A stretch of 64,000 bases of DNA from the human T2T-CHM13v2.0 reference genome, Homo sapiens: NCBI RefSeq assembly GCF_009914755.1, contig NC_060937.1; one strand, given 5' to 3'. Within the stretch, counting starts at the first letter, position 1; every line of letters starts with the position of its first letter. The notes beneath the pieces are model-generated. The model did no database searches and was not told the DNA's origin. It was given only the letters and a program-made list of their open reading frames with translations. Positions 56,331 through 64,000 of this stretch are shown in pieces. The translations under genes were made by a program, and so were the position numbers.

Positions 56331-56783
56331 AAAATTGTTGTACTAGACAGATTGAACAAACAAGGTAGACTTTATTTAAGACTATTGCGTTAGCAGTAGG
56401 AAAAGTCATTTTCAAGCAAATTGCCGTCTAGAAGTCAAAGGGTTTCTTCTGTGCATTCCTCTTTGTGAAGCCGAAAGTACCACTTCACACAATCCGTAGG
56501 CAAGAAATTAGGAAAAGTAGCAAGATTATAACGATAAAGGAAACAGACTGACCCCAACTTCACTGAAAAAAGGAAAGAATAGTTTTAAAGCACTATAGTG
56601 AGTTAGTTGAAAAGTAATGGAGAACATTATCAGAGAGGTGTTTAATGTGATTAAGCCATCTGTGTTTGTTAATTTGTGCTTATCTGAGTTTGGCTCCTAC
56701 CCTTCTACAGAGACAAGGCTACTATATTTCCTAATGATTATATTTAAAACGGATGGCTGTCACTTTCTTATAAGATGTTCCTT

Positions 56784-57079
56784 GCCAGGCACAGTGGCTC
56801 ACGCTTGTAATCCCAGCACGTTGGGAAGCTGAGGCAGGCGGATCACTTGAGGTCAGGAGTTCAAGACCAGCCTCACCAACATTGTGAAACTCCTGTCTCT
56901 ACTAAAAATACAAAAATTAGCGTGGTGTGGTGATGTGTGCCTGTAATCCCAGCCACTCAGGAGGCTGAGGCAGGAGAATCTTTTGAACACGGGAGGCGGA
57001 GGTTGCAGTGAGCCGAGATCATGCAACTGCACTCCAGCTTGGAAGGCAGAGCAAGACTCCATTTGAAAAAAAAAAAAAA
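56784..57079 (+). mobile_element. AluSx/Sz-like
   Basis: Full dimer; TSD AAGA(TG/CA)TTCCT, consistent with opposite CpG decay in the two copies. Confidence 0.94.
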
Positions 57080-57186
57080 AAGACATTCCTAGGCAAAACT
57101 AGCAAGAGGCAGGGGCGGGGGGGAACAGGAGGGGTGGGGGTGGGAGGGGGAAAGGGACGGACGGGCATTGGGGGGATGGTGAGGGG

Positions 57187-57697
57187 TGCCGAGACCAGCT
57201 CCGTGGGGGAGACCCTAACCCAGCAGTGCTAGAGGAATTAAAGACACACACACAGAAATATAGAGGTGTGAAGTTGGAAATCAGGGGTCTCACAGCCTTC
57301 AGAGCTGAAAGCCCCAACAGAGATTTACCCACGTATTTATTAACAGCAAGCCAGTCATTAGCATTGTTTCTATAGATATTAAATTAACTAAAATATCCCT
57401 TATGGGAAACGAAGGGATGGGCCAAATTAAAGGAATAGGTTGGGCTACTTAACTGCAGCAGCAGCACGTCCTTAAGGCACAGATCGTTCATGCTATTGTT
57501 TGTGGCTTAAGAATGCCTTTAAGCAGTTTTCCGCCCTGGGTGGGCCAGGTGTTCCTTGCCCTCATTCCGGTAAACCCACAACCTTCCAGCGTTGGCGTTA
57601 TGGCCATCATGAACATGTCACAGTGCTGCAGAGATTTTGTTTATGGCCATTTTTGGGGCCAGTTTATGGCCAGATTTTTGGGGGCTTGTTCCCAACA
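57187..57697 (-). mobile_element. MER9 (HERV-K HML-3) solo LTR
   Basis: TGCCGAGACCAGCTC..GGAGACCCTAACCCAG..CTTGTTCCCAACA; 6-bp TSD GAGGGG/GAGTGG. Confidence 0.9.
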
Positions 57698-58124
57698 GAG
57701 TGGGGGATGGGGAGGTTGGGAGGGGTGAAGATTTACATCTCAAAGGAGACAAAAAATAATTTATAACTACACATTTTCTAATATAAATTTTCTAAAAATA
57801 AGTGAGGCCAGGGGTGTAGAGTCAGGAAGAAAGCTGTGGAAAATTTAATCAAGCTAAGGAGAACCTGAAGGTAGTCTTGGTTCCATGACACCTTTATAAA
57901 GAGGAATGCATGTTTCTGAATTTGGTTATATCAAATTCTTTGATAAAAGTCAGTAGTCATGACTCATCTTTACTCCTGAGGAAGACACTTTATTGTCTAA
58001 TTCTGTTTACTATACAAATCTCTGGAAAAGATAGTCTGGTACAAAGGGTACCTTCCTCTCAAAATGTGCAGAAGTGTAGAAGACCCATGGATTATTGTCT
58101 CCCAATCCTAATTTAGATATAAAT

Positions 58125-59095
58125 TGTGGAAGGAAAATAAATCTCAGGATCCCCAAATTACTAAGCCAAAGGAAAAAGTCAATCTGGAAACTGTCAGGCA
58201 AACCTACACCCCATTTTCTTCCTAAATAAAATAGCTACAAAGGAAAAGAAGAAGAGCTGAATACCTCCCTCACAATTTGTCCTCTAGGAAAGTCCTTGTG
58301 GGCCCTAAGATATTTACTCTAAAATGGTTCGCTGAATTTCACCCTGACAATGTAAATTGATGGCATATCTTCACAGGTGCAGGACAAAGGAAAGACAGAG
58401 CTCTAAGTCATCCTTCTGCTCACCTGAGACAAATTGTTATCTGATTGCTTCTTCTGATGCAAAAATGCAGACACTTCTACCCCTCTCTAACTTGTAAATT
58501 GCATATTCAGTGAAAGGCTGATCAAAGACTCAAAATAGTGCAACTGTTTGTCTCTTACCTACCTACACCTTTTAAAAATTTATTCCTCTTTCCCCAATAT
58601 CCACCATTTTCCCTATAAATATTGAAGCCCTCAAAATCATCTTTAGAAAACGTACAGACCTGCGTCTACCTTCTCGAAAGGTGCACGGTTTTTTGATTTT
58701 TGTTTGTTTGTTTTATTGTTTTTGTTTGTTTGTTTAGAGACGGAGTCTCGCTCTGTCACCAGACTGGAGTGCAGTGGTGTGATCTCGGCTCACTGCAACC
58801 TCAGCATCCTGAGTTCAAGTGATTCTTGTGCCTCAGCCTCCTGAGTAGCTGGGATTACAGGCACACACCACCACACCTAGGTAATTTTTGTGTTTTTAGT
58901 AGAGACAGGGTTTCACCATATTGTCCAGGATGGTCTCAATCTCCTGACCTCGTGATCCACCCGCCTTGGTCTCTCAAAGGGCTGGGATTACAGGCATGAG
59001 CCACCACGCCCAGAAGAAAGGTGCATGTTTTTAACCTTAGCAAAATAAACTTTCTAAATTGACTGAGACCTGTCTCAGATACTTTTTGGTTCACA
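58125..59095 (+). mobile_element. MER4-family (MER4D-like) LTR with an Alu insertion
   Basis: Starts TGTGGAAGGAAAATAAATCTC; ends GAGACCTGTCTCAGATACTTTTTGGTTCACA. Confidence 0.8.
58689..59013 (-). mobile_element. AluSc
   Basis: CACCAGACTGG and CCAGGATGGTCTCAATCTCC; TSD GAAAGGTGCA(C/T)G. Confidence 0.93.
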
Positions 59096-59579
59096 AAACC
59101 TTGTTAATGTGTTATGGATAACAAAAATCTAACATCTTGGTTATCTTCTATGTTGGAAAGAAAAAATGAGCAGACCTCATAAGCTGTCTTAAATTAACTT
59201 TTATCTTTAGATAGTTTAAAACACAGGCCTCATAATAACTAAATACTCAAAATTGATGTATTTCTTTAGAGTCAGATGACATTTTGAGGGGCTTATTAGA
59301 AAATGAGGCAGCATGAGAAAAATGTCGCATATTCACATTTCTGACTTTTTACCCCAAGAATTGATATCTATCCTGAATGGTCAAACCTGTGGTTTAAAAT
59401 AATCTCTGAACACTATTTCTAGTCACAAATAGAGTAGGTTTATTGTGTTTGTGCTAAGATCATTTGAAAGATTTCTAGCTTACCTTTTCCTACCCATTTT
59501 TACAGATAATGGAAATTTGACATAGATTCAAATGATAGCCTACAACTTGTAAATCAAAGCAACAACAATAATAATAATA

Positions 59580-60298
59580 ACTGAGGCAAGTGTCAATTAA
59601 TTTTGAGGTTTATTTTGCCAAGGTTGAGATTGTGCCTGGGGGAGGGGAGTGGGATGGGGTGGAGGAACAAACAGAAATCACATCTGTGATCCATACTTTT
59701 CCCAAAGAGAGTTTTGAGCACTTCAATATTCAAAAGAGAAACAGTAAGCAGGAGGGGAAGGAAGAAAGAAAAAAACTGGGGGAAGGTAGGCAATGAGGCA
59801 AGTGGTTACATTCTTGTAAGGCTTTGATTAGTGCTCAGTGAATTCATATTTTACATGTGAAAGGAAAGGGTAGAGGAATAATCAATTATGCATTTGCTTC
59901 ATGCTCAGTAAATCTGCATTTTACATAAGATAAAGAAAACATGGAGGAAGGAGTGAAATATGATTTCTAGTTTTGTCTTTGTCCTGTTCCTAAGAAGATA
60001 AGCTGTTAATTTATATTGTCAAGATGAGATTCAACAGTACTCTGTTTTAGGGTTAGTTCACAGAAGAATCTGTATTCTAAAAAATTTGGCGGCCCACAAG
60101 GAATTTTCTGATGAGCAATTTGTGAGGAAAGTGACCTGGAGAGATATGTGACTTTCTATCATTGTAGCTGTCTGTTTGGAAAAAAGAAAGAAGGCAGTTT
60201 TTTGTTTTGCTTTGTTTTGTTTTTTCATAACTCAGTTCTCACGCTTTTCTTTTGGTATAGTAAGTTCGAGGGTCCCAAGACTTTGTTTTTCTTCCACA
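59580..60298 (-). mobile_element. MER4-type LTR
   Basis: TCAATTAATTTTGAGGTTTATTTTGCCAAGGTTGAG..GGTCCCAAGACTTTGTTTTCTTCCACA. Confidence 0.75.
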
Positions 60299-60447
60299 AT
60301 GTGAAATCAAAATTACCATCAATATTTGTACAATTAATACTAATTCAGTAGTAGGTAGTCTGTGAATTTATGACAGTATATGTGTATATTATATTCTATT
60401 TGACTAATTTATTTACATAGCTTCCAAAGTTGTATTAGCTAACATTT

Positions 60448-60794
60448 TGTCTTATTCTGTTTTCTACTGCTACAACAGAATACCTGAGATGGGGTAATAT
60501 GCAAATAATAGAAATTTATTTTACTCATTTCTGGAGACTGGGAAGTCTAGGAGCATGGTATGGACATCTAAGAAAGGTCATCTCATAGTAGGAGGGCATA
60601 AGGCATAAGTGAGCTCACAAGACGAGAGAAATCAGGCCAAGCTCATCTTTCTTGTCAGGAGCTCACTGTTAGTGTAACTAACCCACTCCACAAGAACAGC
60701 ATGAAACCATTTTTAAAGCTTCCACTTCCCAGTACCATTACATTGATAATTACATTTCAACATGAGTTTTGGAGGGAACATTCAAACCACAGCA
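60448..60794 (-). mobile_element. MSTC/MSTD-type solo LTR
   Basis: TGTCTTATTCTG..ACATTCAAACCACAGCA; perfect TSD CATTT. Confidence 0.85.
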
Positions 60795-61109
60795 CATTTT
60801 TGCTGCATTGTCAATAAATTTAAAAGCACAGGGTATGAGGTTAGATGGTTAACTTATGTCTTGGGCCTTTACAAAGCTGGAATTAAAGTCATTTACCTGG
60901 TCTAAGGCTAGGATTACACAAGCACTAGAAAAGCATAACATTAATTACATCAGAAGATTTTGTAAGCATCTTTTTCACAAAAGAAGTATAATAATTGTAA
61001 TTGAATAGTGAACTGTATCAGAGAAGTATATTTAAATTAGCATTACTGGAATATATATATGTGTATATGTAAATTATGGTTATTCAGTTGCATGACGGTG
61101 GAAATGAGG

Positions 61110-61228
61110 GTTTTTCTTTCCTTTTGAGACAGGGTTTCACTCCCATCACCCAGGCTGGAGAGCAATGGTGTGATCCCAGCTCACTGCAACCTCCACCTCT
61201 AGGGCTCAAGAGATCTGACCACTTCAGA
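61110..61228 (-). mobile_element. Alu right-arm fragment (AluJ/FRAM-like)
   Basis: TTGAGACAGGG..CCCAGGCTGGAG..GGGCTCAAG. Confidence 0.8.
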
Positions 61229-61993
61229 CTTATTTTCATGACAATATACTTATTTACATATGTTTAATCTGACTTAAATCTTTATATATGTTATTGGTCA
61301 TTGCTTGGAAACGTTGGCAGATGAAATAAGTAAAATTATTTCTATATTCTGAGTCATTTTTTCACATTCACTGAATGTTTTCTTATAATCTATGTTAATA
61401 TTTCTCATATTTCACAAGTCTTGAGAAATACGATTAAACACAGTATCATCTGAAGAGGGTTTTACTCTAGTTTTTACACTGCATCTGTTAAATTCAGATG
61501 AAAGACAAGAAATATTTTTGTTAAATGCTCATCAGAAAATAAAGTATTTAAAGTAATATAAGATTATTTCTTGAGTCCTTGCTTTTTATGTGACAAGGAA
61601 AAGAACATGGTCATACCGAAAAGGGTGGTGGCCATGTGAAGCCCACTTGCTACACATACCCTGTCTGCTGTATGCCAGAGGATGTGGCCATTCAGTCGCT
61701 CAACACCTAGAAATGACAAATACTCCAAGTGATGGACATCTCAAATATTCTGACTTGATCATTACACATTCTATGCAAATAAAAATATCATATTTTACAT
61801 AAATATGCAAAATTGTATGTATCAACAAAAAAAAGGTAGCATGGAAAAATGTTTGTTATTTGAAATACAGTAGAGACCACAGCCTTCAATTCCCCAAGGT
61901 CAGTGTCTTTGTTGCCTGTGTGCTTCCCAAGCTATGACACTATATTATTGTATAAGTTATGCCATTTATAGCAAGGTTGTTTTGTGAAAGGCC

Positions 61994-62474
61994 TGTATGT
62001 GCAAACCAATCCCCAAATGCAGAAGGATTTGAGAAATCAAAGAATGAAGTAGATAAATCAAGTTAGTCAGCAAAAGGCAATTTATTGGGGAAGTTAGGGA
62101 CAGAAGCGTTGTCTTCAGCAGCTGCAAGACAGGTAGATCTCTGCACTGTTACCCCCTATACCCAGGGCTTATATATCATAGGGAAAGGGTATCATGCTTC
62201 AGAAGGAACATATAGCACAATTGAAGTTTACCCTTCAGGGAAAGGCAAGAATGAAATATGCTTTTTTGGCTATAATTTGCCTAAGGGCAGGATTGATGTT
62301 AAGTACATGTTTATAACATAAATGTTGTTTTGATCTAAGGGTAAGAGTTACAGTAAGTGCTTTTCCACAAGGGACAGTAAAAAAAGTATAAATCTTAGAG
62401 ACATTCCTGCAACTGGAGTTAATCAGAAGTCAACATGAATTACCATCCAAGATGGAGTTGCTTTAGCCTCAACA
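61994..62474 (-). mobile_element. ERV solo LTR (LTR47-like)
   Basis: Ends GTTAATCAGAAGTCAACATG..CATCCAAGATGGAGTTGCTTTAGCCTCAACA; antisense TATA and AATAAA present. Confidence 0.65.
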
Positions 62475-62946
62475 GTAGTCAGTAACCATTCTTGTGAAGC
62501 CAGGAAAGAACCAACATGTCTCGCCTTAAGTTAGACCTGTGGGTGCTACCTCATAACCTCTACCAAAGCCCATATAAGAAGCTGAGTCTTTAAAGACTGA
62601 AGAAAATCTAAGCTCCAAAAAAAAAAAAAGAGGAAATTATATATTATACAAACAAACAAACCATCTTAAATAATTACAAATAATTTTATATAATCAATTT
62701 AATATATAATCAATTCAAAATCCATTAGATCTTTTGCTACAAGACTGCTTTTACAAAGTCATCTCTTCGGGGAAAATAGTCCTTAAGTTCTTGAGTCAGT
62801 TGCCTACTCCAGTAATATGGTTGTTGTTCATTGTGGTGATATTAGCGTAAACCAGTTACCTATTCCTTACAATATCAATAACCAAGGGCATTTGCTTCAC
62901 TTCTTTTATATTTATTAATCACATATTAAAATGCATTATGTAAAGG

Positions 62947-63175
62947 AACAATAATAATAATAATAACTGAGGCAAGTCTCAGTTAATTTTGAGGTTTATT
63001 TTGCCAAGGTTGAAATTGTGCCGGTGGGAGGAGAGTGGGATGGGGTGGAAGAACAAACAGAAATCACATCTGTGATCCATACTTTTCCCAAAGAGAGTTT
63101 TGAGCAGTTCAATATTTAAAAGAAAAAGAGTAAGCAGGAGGAGAAGGAAGAAAGAAAAAAAATGGAGGAAGGTAG
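62947..63175 (+). repeat. Direct copy (about 94% identical) of 59564-59789
   Basis: Base-by-base comparison gives about 14 substitutions plus one extra AAT. Confidence 0.93.
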
Positions 63176-63675
63176 TTGCTACCTTAGTATTTATATTTTC
63201 TTTCTTATCTATGATTAAAGATCAATCTATTTAAAATAACTTGTTTCTGTAGAATGCATGAATGACAGATTTGGATGATTAGATAATTTCCGAGAATTTC
63301 CTCCAACTCTGTTCACAGTTACATATTATTGCAATTATAAACACAGCATTGTAATTGGCTAATTAAACTTCTTCTTTGTGAAAGGGGTAAAAGCTTTTCT
63401 TCTTTACAGATAACAGACAACTACCAGCAATTTCAATTCACATAAAAATAAACGTATGTGCAAAACCTATAAGAAAAACAAAAACACTTTTAAAGAGAAA
63501 GAACCCTGAAAACGTATAGTTGCCCAATTTGTCTTATATAAATTGTTACCATTTTTCACATTCATCAGAAATAATTTATTTCTCATTCACTGGATTTTGC
63601 TATGTGCAAACCAAAGAATTCCTTATATTAACAGTAAACATGGTCATAAAACTAGCAATCTTATTATTCTACTTC

Positions 63676-63909
63676 AGCTGGGTTGTTTTGCCTAAAAATC
63701 CTACTCTTGGAGATATCTGGCAATATTTGGAGACATATTTGGTTGCCACAGCTAGAACAACTTGAGTGTAGGGTTAGAGTATTACTGACATTTTGTGAGT
63801 AGAGGCCAGGGATATGATGAAATATTTATATTGCACAGGATAGTCCCTAAAATAAAGAATTATACAGCCCAGAATATCAATAGTGCCAAGGAAAGGTTTT
63901 GAAATCCTG
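63676..63909 (+). mobile_element. MER20 DNA transposon (hAT-Charlie MITE)
   Basis: GGCAATATTTGGAGACATATTTGGTTGCCAC, GTAGAGGCCAGGGAT, AAAGAATTAT..AATAGTGCCAAGG..GAAATCCTG. Confidence 0.85.
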
Positions 63910-64000
63910 CCCTACTTCATGTTTCCAAAGCTACCACAGACTATTGGACAGAAAAGCTGTTTTTGTTTTTGTTTTTCACACCCAGAGACCTCATATTAGA

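Larger units (their letters stand above)
56336..57885 (-). mobile_element. ERV1 MER4-group LTR remnant, interrupted by an Alu, a G-rich tract and MER9
   Basis: AGACTTTATTTAAGACTATTGC, AAGCCATCTGTGTTTG and AAGATTTACATCTCAAAGG; subfamily uncertain. Confidence 0.45.

Overview
This is AT-rich human/primate genomic DNA. A complete AluYa5 with all five diagnostic bases at 46390-46688 points to human. Most of the window is nested interspersed repeats: old L1M and L1PA LINEs, about 17 Alu/FLAM SINEs, two complete THE1 (MaLR) proviruses with perfect 5-bp TSDs, two LTR16/HERV16-like ERVL remnants, a MER9 (HML-3) solo LTR, MER4-group LTRs, MLT/MST LTRs, MIR, L2 and MER20. No supplied ORF is a credible host gene; they are repeat-derived or chance. 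The main anomaly is an island at about 31960-32632 that is very AT-rich yet not CpG-depleted and matches no primate repeat I recognise. It carries a 39/40-bp inverted repeat (32341-32380 / 32593-32632) around a 212-bp hairpin-rich spacer, and its right end abuts an LTR16 lacking its 5' end. It may be foreign or recently inserted: a MITE, an invertible switch, a retron-like structured RNA, or an artefact. Secondary signals are a hairpin- and motif-dense unique element near 15.7-16.05 kb, + strand splice signals (possible recursive site and 24-nt microexon), a palindromic array inside an MLT LTR, and a local templated duplication with a snap-back junction. Repeat subfamily names come from recalled consensus sequences, not a database search.
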